From positions 23,950,871-24,014,870 of the forward strand of contig NC_092676.1 in assembly GCF_964355755.1 (NCBI RefSeq): a stretch of DNA of 64,000 bases. The letters run 5' to 3'. Source of the stretch: Antedon mediterranea. Taxonomy: Eukaryota; Animalia; Echinodermata. The position numbers and the translations under genes are program-made. This document shows, one piece after another, positions 22,501 to 36,173 of the stretch (the stretch's first letter is position 1; each line of letters starts with the position of its first letter). The notes below the pieces were generated by a model. It searched no databases and had not been told where the DNA came from. It saw only the letters and a list, made by a program, of their open reading frames with translations.

Positions 22501-25500
22501 ATGGTAGAACAAAATAATGCACCAAAACTTGTAACAGGCAGCATGCTTGAATGCTCTGTGACTAAAGCTCTGTCTACACTATCAAATTTTATGTGAAAAA
22601 AGAAATGTGATGTGCCCATATATAAACATGTCATATCACTACCATATTTAGGCATATCACTACCATATATGGGCACATTAAACTAGTTTGATAGTGTAGA
22701 CAGAGCTTTAGTAACATTATTTCTTGCACTAGTTCTTATGTTAGAATTTGCTAACTACTGTACCTCCAGACATATCTTCCTCCTCTTCCTCCACCTCTTT
22801 TCCTCTATGATGTTTTTTCACCTTTCTTATTTTTACTTCTCTTCCTCCCATTCCTCCCTTTGAACCACCACCACCTCCTCCGCCACCACCCTTTCTTCTT
22901 TTTTCTTCCTTTTTATCTTTCTTTCCCTCGTGTTCCGTAGGTCCAAATGCTTTCTTATCCAATTGCAGAAATATGTTTGGAGAATTTTTTGCAGTCTGTA
23001 GATAAAATAGATTTTTTGATATTGTTTCATTAATAGTAAGTGAAAACCTAGCTACTTTTGTTAGTACAGGCTTTCGTTAGTACAGGCTATCTCATTGTGT
23101 TTAATAGAAAGTAAGAGGAAATTATAGTCAAATTGAGATAATAATATTAATATAATAGTGATATATATAGCGCTGGAAAAGCATGGAAATGAACTAAATA
23201 AAAGACTTAACCATTACATTGCACTGACTAAAGACTATATTTGTCTACACTATCAAACTAGTGTGATGTGCCCAAATATGATAGTGATATGCCCAAATAT
23301 GGTAGTACAGTAATATGACATTATCATGTCCATATATGGGCACATCACAATTTTTTTAATAGTGTAGACATATATTCAAATATTACAGCAACAAATTACC
23401 AGGAATATCCAGGATTATTTCCATAACTTAATAATAAAAAACTATTAACAGTAGTAGTGAAATGTGAAATCCTAAGGAAAAAAAAGTTTAAACTGTACCT
23501 TGTCGGCTTTTGCAAGCATTGGTTTCTCAAATAATGTCTTGCACTCAGTTATGAATTTATCACTAGCCACAATACTATTACTGAACACCTTAGCACCGCG
23601 CTTAGATTTTAGCACATGATTAAGGCACTGGTTGGCATCCATTGTGCTAAAACATGATGGCAGTAATGGCTGCAAGTAAATTAATTCAATTAGATTCTCA
23701 TTTTCTAAAAATAACCATATGTTTCTGTATAGCCTAGATGCAAGTTCAAACCCAAAAAAATTAAAAATTCACTCAAAAATTTAAAATTATACGTTAAAGA
23801 AAAATCCTTGGCTAAGATATCCTCAATAATTGAGTTAATGCTTACAAGTAGAACATCTCTTTGTGTATTATAATTAGGGCAGTAACGTAAGAAATGAAAC
23901 GGATTATTCTCAACATTAAAGCCACAAGTACAATTTGGATTGGATTATTCCAGTTAAAACCTACCTCAACATCAATCCATGATCCCGTGTCCAATGCCTC
24001 TTCAATGCTGCCCTCAACCTGGTCTAGGATTCCCGAACCTGCGCAACTTGATGACAGAAACAGAAGGTTTTGAGACTTGAACCTTGTTTTGATATAGCCT
24101 TTCGCATCAGTAAGACCTAATCTGGTTAAGGTATCATACTCTGAAAAAGATTGTTTAAATTGTTCTTAATATTAAAAAAAAAATTAATATGGGTACTACT
24201 ACAAAGAACTGAAGGGATGGCACTGCCGTATTAGGGATGATGATATTGATTTTAACACTTCACCACAGTTTTTTTCCTTAGTGTTTTATTTTTATGGCTT
24301 TAGGCATATGTGACCAAGGATTACCAATAATAAATTAATCACTGCCCTCTCAGATAGGTGGAAATCCCTTGAAACAGGGGCTTTGTGAACCAGTTCAACA
24401 AATGAAAAAAAATGTTAAAAATAAATATATTTTACCAAAGTAACCATTTTGTTTGTAGAAAGAATCGATCCAGTTGTTCTGTGTCTTTGAGTACATATCT
24501 GGAACATATGTTGCTTTGTCTTGTTTACCTCCAACAAACGAACCTCTAAGTCTGCCTTTTTTTATTAATTCATTCAAAACAGCTGGAAAAAGCAAAAATA
24601 TTTTCTAAACTAGAGTGTCTATAGCAGAATCCATGGTTCAAATCTACACTCTATTGTACAATTTCCTCCATCCTTTAAGCTCTATCTACACTATCAAACT
24701 TTATGTAACAAAAAAAATGTGCCCATATATGGAGACGATGACATCACATCACTACCATATATGGGCACATCACACTTTTTTTGTCACACTAGTTTGATAG
24801 TGTAGACAGAGCTTTAGTAATCATAGGAATGCAATAACACAATGCACATTTCGATATCTGTACTTACTGTAAAATAATTTCTCTTGAAAACCAAATTCTG
24901 TGAGTACATTATGAACTTGAACAGGTCTGAAAACAATACAGAACATGTTTGTAATGAATATTCATAATATGTAAATCACCTACTTTATAATCATTAACAT
25001 TTCAGGCAACAATAGACAATTAAAGCAAAAATATTTAAAGACTAGGTAAAGTCAGTTGACACACCATGTGTCTCGACTGTCAACTATACCTTATTTCCTT
25101 AGACATTTCCTTTGGATCACATGGTGTACCACAAACCTGACTTTACTAGTGATTCACCATGCAAAATACAGATAAAACAACGGAAAGAGGTTAAGAATAT
25201 AAAACTAGATATACTTTGTAACTGCACTAAATACTCCGCATATCTGAGCACTATGTCTGGCAACAAACGCAGCTGTGAAGACAACCCCACGGTCATAAGC
25301 ATCCATCTGACCATCTATACGGCGCCCTAATTCTCTCTCCACCAGCTGCGAAAGGAACAAAGCTAAATGAAATCTACCATATATCCAGTCCCTACAGTAT
25401 TCACTATATGCTAATGTTTTTTCAAGTTGCTCATGTACATAGCGCCATGAGCGCCACTTGGGTAGAGGATACCGGCGCTATAGACATTTTCATTTATTAT

Positions 25501-27115
25501 TATTTAGTTTTCACTGACCTCAGTTAGGTAGTCACCAGGCAAATCGTAAGTAGTAGCTAGTTCTGCTATTGAGATCTGACCAGTCTCTTGTAACTGATCA
25601 TTGATTTTCTCTGCTAACCTCTCGAGATACTCTCTATGGGAAAACAATGACATAATTAACCAACCTCTGCATCATCAAGAACCGTCAGTACAGTACTATT
25701 TTGTCATCAAAACTAAGAGCCATGACATTTTGTTTTTAACAACTTACGTGTTAATGAGTTGTCCTAAAATCAGGTTTACATTTCGGTCGTTCTTCACAAT
25801 TTCATTAGCCTTTACCTCCACATGAGTAAAGTCAACATTAATAATCTGGTAAAGAAAAACGTAAAAAAAAAAGTAAAAATTCTTTTATTAACTCTAAAGC
25901 TCTGTCTATACTATCAAACTTGTTTGCCAAAAAAGCGTGATGTGCCCAAATATGGTAATTGTGTCCATATATGGGCACATCACAATTTTTTGTTATATAA
26001 AGTTAGGGTCTACATTTGACCTTTATAGTACAGTATCTTCATTAAAACTTTATTTTAAAACGCTTCTATATGTTTTTCGCACCTTTGAAGAAGTAATTTA
26101 GGCCATGAGGACATAGTAAATCCTATCTTGAAGTAATTGTATTTCTGCTCTTGCTCTGGTAACTGTCATGCAACATATGTATTTTTATTTATCATTATTA
26201 TTAGTCTATTTAAATAAATCATACCTGTTGTAGATCCACAAGGTTAATCCTTCCTGTAATCAAAGTAAATTTAATCAATCAATTAATTAATAAATATAAA
26301 TATTTAAAAATTAAAATAAAACAGTATTTATTTCCATATATTAAGCCTCAGTTCAACTTGTTATATTCTCTGAAAAGTAATATAAATATGATTTTGAAAG
26401 AATCAATTCAATTACCCCCATGAACAATTAATTCATCACTTATTTCCTTGGTTAGCTGGGATGGGGTTAGATATTCTTTGCCGTCGTTTGTATAGATAAC
26501 ATTTAGCACACTACTTTCAACAAGTTTGGTCACAATTTCGATACAATTTCTTTCAGACAATCTGTAAAAAAAAAAAATCAATTGATTAAAAAATGCCCCA
26601 AAATGAAATGGGATAGAGGGCGCTATGTACATAAAATCGTACATCAAAGAGCGCCGTGAAAAAAAATTAGACCGATTAAAAACGGTAAATACTGACATTT
26701 TAATTCTATAATTTAAAAAGGCAATTTTATGAGATCTAGCCTATGCCTAGGCTAGGCCTCGGTCTATTTAGGGGCTTAGGCCTACACTATTTAGGCCTAT
26801 AATCATTTCAAATCGATAAGGCCTAGCCTAGCTGTACCGTTATTAAATCGTTCAAGCCTGATTGATTGATGATGAGCCGCCGCCGTCTAACTGTGTGTGT
26901 GTAAATGATGTGAGTCGGTTGAAGGCCTAGCCTAGGCTAGCCTATAAATGGGGCATCCATATTAAAGGAACGACATTTTTAATTAACTTGCATTGTTAAG
27001 TTACAAATAAATGACAAATGCACAAAACACCATACTTTGCTGCTGTGGTAGAAAGCTGTGCTCGTTGAAAATCTGCTGCAAGCCGTTTCACTTCTTCCCA
27101 TTCGGAACTCGCCAT
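19523..27115 (-). CDS. UFL1: E3 UFM1-protein ligase 1 (multi-exon; first exons 27115-27036, 26561-26416, 26253-26225, 25845-25748, 25633-25519, 25345-25215, 24926-24868; last exon ends 19523)
   Basis: N-terminus [21 protein letters not shown]...[14 protein letters not shown]...DGKEYLTP...[12 protein letters not shown] matches the UFL1 signature. Internal [21 protein letters not shown] and [12 protein letters not shown]; C-terminal LPQVKEIAL. Confidence 0.97.
20216..20437. repeat. 17-bp minisatellite (ACACCACTATAAAGGGG)n, ~13 copies, last UFL1 intron
   Basis: Direct inspection. Confidence 0.95.
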
Positions 27116-27834
27116 GTTGTTATTATCGTGTCGTCTGCTGTGTGGTTGTTGATGTCCAGCCGTTTAAAAAGCGGAAGGAAGAGAGTGATGAAGCCTACTC
27201 ACGATTATTCATAGCTAAGCTGTATGAGGGCGGTTTTCTTGTTACCTGGTGTCGATAAACAAAATCATTTGTAAGAAAACACAGTTTCTTTATATAATTG
27301 ATAGAATATTATAATAAGTGTCTGATAGTATCATAAATTCCTCATAAATCTATTTAATGGAATCATACGTATAACTTAACGCATAGGTATGCACAGGCCT
27401 ATTAGAATTGTCTCTACTATCTAGATCTGAGTGATAAGGCCTAGCCTACTAGATAGGCCAGGCCTCTATCTAGTAGGCTACCCACTCACTCCTCTTGTCA
27501 AATCTTGTTCTTGGTTGGCACTCTCTGTTCTGACTGTCTGAAAACTGATTACGGTACTACACACTCTAGGCTTTAGTATAGCCTAGCTATATACTATAGT
27601 AATATAGTATCTATGTATATATACCAGTAATCTAATCTGGGTAAACCTAGCGGCCAGTGATTTCCGGATAAGCTAATAATAAATAATAATAATAATGTAA
27701 TTTGCACTACCAACTACATTTGCCAACATATCAGTCAATGTTTTATTTTGGTATCATCAAATTGACAAATTATACATTTCTGAATGTTTATTTACAATTC
27801 CTAACTAATCTTTTTCACCCCATTTTAGAATAAG
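27116..27834. promoter_or_regulatory. Probable bidirectional promoter between UFL1 and the divergent plus-strand gene
   Basis: Head-to-head start codons about 720 bp apart. The plus-strand ATG follows a splice acceptor at 27828, implying a non-coding first exon within this interval. Confidence 0.6.
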
Positions 27835-30800
27835 ATGGAAACTCACTTGCAGAAGACACGAGCAGCACCAATAGACAGACAAACCAATTCAAACACCAAA
27901 AGAACTGGATCAACTGAGTCATTCGGCAGGACTAGAACTAAGTTTCTAAATGCTCCAATCATTGAAAACCAAAGTGTACAAAAGGTGAATGAAAAATAAT
28001 GGGGGTAAACACGAATATTAATAATAAATAATTGAGAAAATTAAAATCTTGTTTTACAAATCATGAACTACATTGAAATCAAATTCTTAATATCAGTGAC
28101 ACTACTTTGACCACGAAAAGAAAACCTAAATGTAGGGTAGCCATCCATTTTGTTCAGTAATTTATAAATAAAAGATGAGGTAGGAATTTTATATCTTTTC
28201 TTTTATAGAAGGAGAAACCACTGAAAAAAGGTAAAAACAAACTGACAAATAAAGAAAGTTTTACTCCTTTTGAAGAAGAGGAAAAAGAAAAGAGACGACT
28301 TAATGAAATAAAAGAGGTAAGTTCAGTACCTACAAACCCTTCTTTATTGTGGTAACTATATATCTGGTTACAGAGAAAAACACATAGATATATGGTATCA
28401 TACAAAGATTAATACCAAGTGGACAAAACAGGACAGATATTGGTTGCTTTTGCTTGATTTATATATATATATATTTATATATATTTATATATATATATAT
28501 TTATATATATATATATTTATATATATTTATATATATATATATTTATATATATATATATTTATATATATTTATATATATTTATATATATATATAAATCTGT
28601 AAAATAATGATTTTCTATTATTATTTATAATGGGTCTGACGAAGTACCCCATTAAACCACACCGAACCCCAATGTATTGAGGATCGAATCCTATAAAAAA
28701 ATGTTGAGAATGGACAATAGTGAGTAAAGCCGTGGGTTTGATGTGGTTCAGTGTGCCTCGGTGTAGTATTTCGTCAGACCATTTATTATTATATTATACT
28801 ATTTGCTGTTCTTCGTTGAAATGTTCACATATTCTTTGCTATTTCTGCTGCTTAGTGCTTTATCAATAGTAACAGTCACAAGGAAGCTCATTCAAATTTA
28901 AAAACATTGCTTTTGGTAAGATATTGTGTTTGTGTAAATGTAAATATTTTGTGAATGGAATGCTGTGGTTTTTTTGCACCAGTTGGAACAAAAGAGATAA
29001 GGAAAAGATTTGGTGTTAATAGAAAGCACAGAAAACTGAACTCGAAATTTGTTCTAATTTAAATATACTGTACCTATAAAAAAAATCCCAAATTATACCC
29101 CTTGTCTTACCCATGAAATTCCTATGCACTATATTTACCTAACTTAAAAGCTTTGGTCCTTCCATCAACCATACCAAACCCCTTCCTCGTTTCTAGATCT
29201 GTTCTGTGCATTGAAAGTAATGTTAAACTTGCACTTGCACTAAAGAATCTTGCAGAGGGAGTACTGTCATTTTTGTTAATCTCTTTGTTTATCTTGTGTT
29301 TTGCACATTTGAAATCGTAAACAAATGAACCTTAATATTAACTAATTCAAATTCAACAAACATTTATTTCATCAAATGCCCTACAAATAATACAAAGCAT
29401 AAAATGAGGACCAACCTAAATGTAAACTTACACACACCATGGAGGAGGTATAAAATATTTCTACCTCCATGCACACAATACTGTATGTTTGTTGATCTTT
29501 ATTTTTTCAGAAACACATGCGAGTGTTAGATGACTTAACTAAACTGAGAAATCACTATTATGATGTTTACTTGTCAGCACTCACAGAAAAAGTTGAGAAG
29601 CAAAGAAAGAATATTAAGAAAAGAACAGAGAAAATTGAAAAGAAACTGAGAGAAAAGGAAAAGGTGAGTTGTCAGTAACAACTTTTTTTTTTATTAGGGA
29701 GCTTTGGGTTTGTGATGACCCAAGGCCTAGGAACTGCGCATATTATGTCGTCAAGACCTAGGACCTGCGCATATTGTGTCACCAAGGCCTAGGACCTGCG
29801 CATATTATGTCATCAAGACCTAGGACCTACGCATATTGTGTCACCAAGGCCTAGGACCTGCACATATTATGTCATCAAGACCTAGGACCTGCACATATTG
29901 TGTCACCAAGGCCTAGGACCTGCGCATGTGTCACCAAGGCCTAGGACCTGCGCATGTGTCACCAAGGCCTAGGACCTGCGCATATTGTGTCACTCTGAAA
30001 AATTGAGTGAGGAAGCACATCCCATGCCCACAATGTCCTAGGTAATCACAAAAATTGAAAGCTTCATGTTGTTTCTGTGTTAATATGATCGTAATGTTAA
30101 ATGATTCATTTATATCTTTTGTTCAACAGAAAAAACAAACACAGCTTTCTAGAAAAAAACATGAACGATCGCAGAATATAGATGATGATGCATTTATTAA
30201 GGAACTGTTTAAAAGTCACTGGTATAATGTAAGTACTTTAGTTTTATGCAATTAGAGTTTTGTGATTTTTTTTTTCCTCCCGAACTGTAGGCTAACTGTT
30301 ATAATATGTGATGCTTAGAAATTACACTCTCTTTTAAAGTTAATTGACTTAATAATGATTAAGAGTGCTGAAGATTATTACCACGGTAATGTTTTGGATC
30401 AAACACGTCTGGAAACATAATGTTGCAGCGGTTGTGTTTTGACCTATACCAGGTACCCATTTGTATATCTGGGTGAAGACAGATTTAAAACTTTGTTGGG
30501 ATCATGAACTGCAGCCAAATAGATCAGATAATCAGATAAATATTTAATTTTTGATTTTCTTAGGTGCTTATACTTGAAGAGCAAATGAGAAAAGATGGTA
30601 AAATACAAACAATTGAAGATTATGATAAATTCTGGGAAGACATTTTGCGACCAGGAATCCATAGTGACCGTACACTTGGACCAAGTATGGAGGTGGAATC
30701 TTCACATATGTCAAGTGGGTTTTATTGAATCAAAGAAAAAAAAAATTTATCTATTCATCATCATCATCAGTCGGCTGCGGAGCAGGCGACTACAAGCTTT

Positions 30801-33800
30801 CTCCAGCCACAACGGTCCTTGGCTAACTCTGACAGCTTATCAGTTGTAATCATGCCTCCTTCATCCCCTAAAAGCTGTTGGATGTATCTCAGAAAGTTGG
30901 TTTTCTGCCTTCCTCGTTTTCTTTTTCCATGTTGAGGAACATACAGAGCGTACTCTTTGCATGGTTCGTCATCAGGCATTCGAAGCGCGTGACCCAGGAA
31001 CTTTAATTGACGTATTATTAGTACAGAATTGTCTTTTGAACAACTTTAAACCAATAAAATCAAACAATAATTAGTATAACTTTGTTGTCCTCCATTTTAG
31101 AAGGATCAAATGATCATGAAAGTCATACATCTTCACTGCCATCAACACAGACAGTGGACAACCAACCTCTTCTACCAAAAGAGTTATCGTTTATTAGAGA
31201 AGACACAGAATTATCAAAGTCAGAACGACAAGGAACATCCAAAGAACTGCAGAAAGTGAGTTTTTTTGTTTTAGTTGGTATCAGTATACTCAATGTATTG
31301 TTTACATGCTACAAGAAAAACAATAGAAAAGTTTTATGTCTGAATCATGCAAGGTAAATTATTTGTTAATACCCAAAATGGTTTTTTTTTCATCAGCTTA
31401 AATCCACAGCATCATTCCTGTCAGCTCCTGTGAAAGGAAGACGGCAAGAAGTACACCCTAAGGCGCTGGAACTTAATAAAAAATATCCAAAGGTAAGGTT
31501 TGTTCAATTAAAATAATAGCAAATTCGTGACAGATTAGATGGTGAGAAGCTAGGTATGGTAGACACTACAGCCATTCATTATATGTGACCTACGGTTTAT
31601 ATCCGATAAAACGTGGTTCCCACTAGCGACGCAACGCAAGGACGTAACGCAACTCAAGTGAATTGACCAATCAGAAGCGATGGTTTATGCGCTTGTGATT
31701 GCTAACTGTCTATAACTTCGCTTGTCATTGGTTAAAACGCTTGCGTTGCGTTTACGTCCTTGCGTTACGTTCTAGTGGGAACCAAGCTTAAGACTTCCAG
31801 GACTAGCAGCCTATTGGCCTCGAACACCGGTATTGTTGGCTTTTTATTTATGGTAAACAACGCCCCTGCATTAACCGTCCGGGCATTTGACATGCTCATA
31901 TGTTGATCTGACTTATTTCAGACTGAGATACCTCATCTCCGTATGTTAGACATGGATTTAGATCCGCCAAAAGAAGACCCAGAAGTTGTTCAGATGAGAG
32001 AGGAGTTTGGTGCTAGAGCTCGAATACGAAACCAGAAAAGGAAAACCATGATGGATATGCATGAGATGTCAATTACCCATCAGGCAGCCACAAGCAGGTT
32101 TGTAAACAAAATATTGGTGTGACATATTTCAGATTTTACTTGAAAATGTTTTTCTTAATAACAAAAAATACTTTCATTTGTTTCTTTTTTCCTTAGGATT
32201 TTTATGAATCATCCAAAATTTCTAGCTAGACTTGAAGGACCAGACATTGATGATGTGGTAGGTTAAAAGGAATCTTTATATTGTTTGAAGTTTTACATGG
32301 CAAAATCAAATGTTGATATAAAGTTTGCAGTACACCACAAATATATAGTTCTGAAAAGAACTGTTGCGTTTCTGGATGTTTCGATCAATATACTCTGATA
32401 ATCCTCAGGAATCAAAGTATATTGATCGAAAAAATTGACAAACTCAATAGTTCGTTTCAGAACTATATATACATAGTGGACAGAAATCTTTCTTTTCTAT
32501 TTGTTTCTTAAGTTTATTCAGATATGCTTTTATTCCAAAAGTTTTAGTGTCATGCTTGCTTGCTTGCTTGATATCTTTAATCAGGACATAACTAAAAGGT
32601 CACTGTTACGTTAAAGATCATGTCATATTGTTTTATTTGACACTAAAGATTATATAACATAATACAAAGTATGCATGTTCATGCCTGAGTCATTAACCTA
32701 CAGTATGTTGTATCTCATTAAGTAAGGTAATATCAGGCCTGATAATGTGTTGTTAGGCCTCATTGAATCATGGCCACATTAAATGTGCTGAAAGAGTGTG
32801 AATGAACATTTACTAGACATTGTTAAGCTCTGTCTACACTATAAAAGAAATGTGAGGTGCCCATGTATGGACATAATGATGTCATATCTGGGCATATCGC
32901 TACCATATTTGGGCACATTAAACTAGTTTGATAGTGTAAGACAATGCTTTATACATGTTTTTCCAGGGCTGATGTAAACTTTCTTGACACTGTGTGTGGC
33001 TCTGATTTTGCTTGAAGCTTCATATAGGCCTGAATGTTCTTAGCCCCAAACCCTGTTTAGGCGACTTCATGCTATCTACCCTCAAATGCACTGTTTGGCA
33101 TACCTCCCTTTGTGGTAGAGTCTAAAGACTATATTTGCATCTTCAATGCTACCAGGAATAGCTCAGTGTTTGCAACTTTATGAGTTGTACATATTTATGG
33201 TTTTTACATGGCTAGATGGAGCTGAAATGCCTGTTTGACTGAATACATTTTAATAATTTGTAAATGTTTTAATTTTTTAGACAAGTTCTGTAAACTACAT
33301 GAGTAATCCTCCAGAACCTATATCCAACACGGTACTTCCAGCAATCAATTGGTCAACTGACATCCAACATTCACGGGACACGAGACAATTTTACAATAGT
33401 GTAATTGAGGAGCATCCTGAAAGTGAAGAACGTGAAGCAAGGTCCGCAACCTCCTCCAGCAGAGGGAGTAGTGCCAGAAGTTCAAAAAGCTCTCAACATT
33501 CATATCGTCTGACAGATACAGACAGGTGGGATTATACATCAATTTATCTTCTTCCATCTTTTATCATGCATAGTTTAGTAATAGTTCATGTTTAATATTA
33601 TTAAGTATCTTATCTCGATATGACATTTTAAGCCCATCAGTAAATCATATATTATTATTATTAACTTTTATTGCATATATAATAGTAACATAGAACCCAG
33701 ATAAAAGAAAAAGAAAGAAAATATATTTGTCAATTTATTTAATTTGAAATTAAATATGTAAAATAAAATAAAAACATTTATTTTCTATGTAGAATTTATT

Positions 33801-34795
33801 GTCTTAAATCTAATTTTTCTCACAGATATAAAGATGATATAAAATTATCTAAACCAGTATCTCCGTTACCACTCACATGGGATAGTGTTTATGACAAAGG
33901 TGACATAAAGGTAAACCTGAAAACATTAGTTTAGCTCTGTCTACTCTATCAAACTTTATGCGGCAAAGAAATGTAGTGTGCCCATGAACATGATGACATC
34001 ATATCACTACCATATTTGGGTATATCACTACCATATCTGGGCACATCGCAGTTCTTTTGTCAAACTAGTTTGATAGTGTAGGCAGAGCTCAAAACCTTGA
34101 CCCATGGTTTAAATTTGGCTAAATTCTAACACAAGACTTACATATTTATTACCCTCCTGAAAAAATTATTCTTAACATTGTTTTGGTTGAATATGTCATT
34201 TTAATGTCACCTAATAGTTATCCACTTTGACCAAAAATTGGATTAAAAAAAAGGTATTTTCATAAAAAACTGTAATTTAAAGCAAAAAATTGGCTGCCAT
34301 TGGTTGGATTTAACCATTTATTTTGTCATTTTAAAAGTGAAAATATTTATTTGTTTCCATATTTTTTTCTACAGAAGAGATTAACTTTATTAAACTACAA
34401 AATAGTCTATTCAAAGTCTGATTTTATTGATTTTAAATTTTCACGTTTTTGGGGGGGCAATACATCTTTAAGACTACCAAATTTTCCATATCCAGGCCCA
34501 TGGGACTTTACTCCCCTGTAATGACATTGTATTCTGTAAAAAGTTAAATCATCTCTTAATAATGTTAATAAAACTCTGTTTAGATGTATATTATATAATA
34601 ATAATTACACTCTTTCCTGATGTATGTTAACACCAGTTAATTTACTATTAAAACGATTCTAACCAAATTTAATAGCATAAATTTACTTTAATTTACAGTA
34701 ATTTTATGTGGATTTTTTGTTTTTCTTTGCAGGAAGCAAAATGTCTGAGTACATTGTGGACAAACTATGGCAAAGAATTACCAGCAATAACTTGA
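27835..34795 (+). CDS. Uncharacterised multi-exon protein with Lys/Glu-rich coiled-coil N-half (exons include 27835-27984, 28209-28316, 29511-29663, 30130-30228, 30564-~30715, 31101-~31255, ~31397-31491, ~31922-32097, ~33281-33524, ~33826-33910, 34733-34795)
   Basis: Chain of open exons with canonical splice sites: [12 protein letters not shown]..., [20 protein letters not shown]..., [10 protein letters not shown]..., PLPLTWDSV..., [20 protein letters not shown]. Family not recognised; some middle boundaries are approximate. Confidence 0.8.
28459..28593. repeat. (AT)n microsatellite interrupted by TTT
   Basis: Direct inspection. Confidence 0.95.
29718..29993. repeat. 31-bp minisatellite (CCAAGGCCTAGGACCTGCGCATATTGTGTCA)n, ~9 copies
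   Basis: Direct inspection; two unit variants alternate. Confidence 0.95.
30755..31015 (-). mobile_element. 5'-truncated RTE-type LINE 3' end, in an intron of the plus-strand gene
   Basis: [12 protein letters not shown]...GKRKRGRQ...[11 protein letters not shown] is the typical RTE ORF C-terminus; the stop runs into a (TGA)n tail. Confidence 0.88.
32341..32471. mobile_element. Penelope-like retroelement terminal fragment in inverted (fold-back) arrangement; related fragment at ~52546-52590
   Basis: Inverted arms ATATATAGTTCTGAAA..GAACT..TTTCGATCAATATACT / AGTATATTGATCGAAA..AGTTC.TTTCAGAACTATATAT. Minus strand reads CTGAGGA...CGAAAC. Confidence 0.6.
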
Positions 34796-36173
34796 ATTTT
34801 CACCAGAGAGAGATTTCAACACCAATTCAGCTGATGTCCCTTAATAGTTTCTTTAATCTCTCCTTCCTTATTATGTAATAATCTAAAATATTTATATCGC
34901 CATTCCAAAGGATTGTACACACAACATTAAAATAAGTACAAACATAAATCAATGAGGCAGGATTACCTAAATGTAAAAACTAAAATTAAAAAGAGAAAAA
35001 AAAAACATGATAAAACAATAAAACTTCATGTACGTATATATCTATTTATGAAGAAAAGACAATTTCATTTGATGTGATTGAACTAGAATGTGTTTCTGAG
35101 ATATATATTTTAATCTAAACAGAAATACTATATGTCTATTCACTGATCATGTTTCAAAATATGAATAAATTTAATTGAAGTGAAATTATTTAGAATCTAT
35201 GCATATTCGCCTCTTTTTGTTTACAATTGTTATAAACAATTTACTTCATAATTCAACTAATACGAGAGATGCAAGCACAACGTAAGTGTTCGACCAATGT
35301 ATTATTTGAACTGTTGCTTGTCATTGGTCAATTCGCTTGCGTTGCGTCTACGTACTTTCGTTTCGTCTCTAGTGCGAACCAAGCCTGTCTCGGATCAGAC
35401 GCATGCTCGGTCCTCGCGTGCTCGGTCCTTGCGTGTTACATCACAAGCTCCATGCAACTGGAATGATATGGAGAGGAGCTAGGGTGTACAATACGTTATA
35501 CCATCCTGAAACAAAAATATGTGACGATTATTATAATTACATTAAGTAGGCCTACTAGAGTGATTTAAAACAAAATTAGTCACCAAGAGGCCACTAACCT
35601 TATGGCTTCTCTGTATTATTCTATTTAAAAAGTCTATATTTTGCGTCATGAACCTAATGGTTCCAACAATTAGGAAGGTCTCAAAGGCAATTTCATGTTA
35701 GTAAAATGCAGCCGTATATTTTGAATCGGAAACACCCGTGTATTATTATATATTGTATTTAGCCGCATTTGCATTTACTGTCACGAAGTTCGATTCACAC
35801 TTAAAATTTATGGGATCATAAAAGCGCAATTTGAGTTAAATAATTCCTCAATGATTCAGCCACGATCAAATAAAAACTGACTCCAAATGTACTGCATTAT
35901 TTATCGTTTGTCAAAATGACATTCTGCGGAAACGCATCGTCCGTTCCAATACTATGTTATATTTTCTCGGTCTCATTCCATAACTTTGCGTTAATATTTT
36001 CGATTTATCGTAATTATACATTAACCGGCGTCACGCCTTACTGCACAAGAGCGTAGTATGAATTCAGCCAATAGCAATTTTGCGCCAAGAAATCGGAAAT
36101 GAGATTCATATAAAATACCTCCTTTATATCTTTAATAGGCCTACTTACCTTATTCACCAACAAACGGGCAGGA

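Noticed and set aside
22766-22997. Poly-Gly/Lys/Glu low-complexity exon
   Set aside because: It corresponds to the known disordered region of UFL1.
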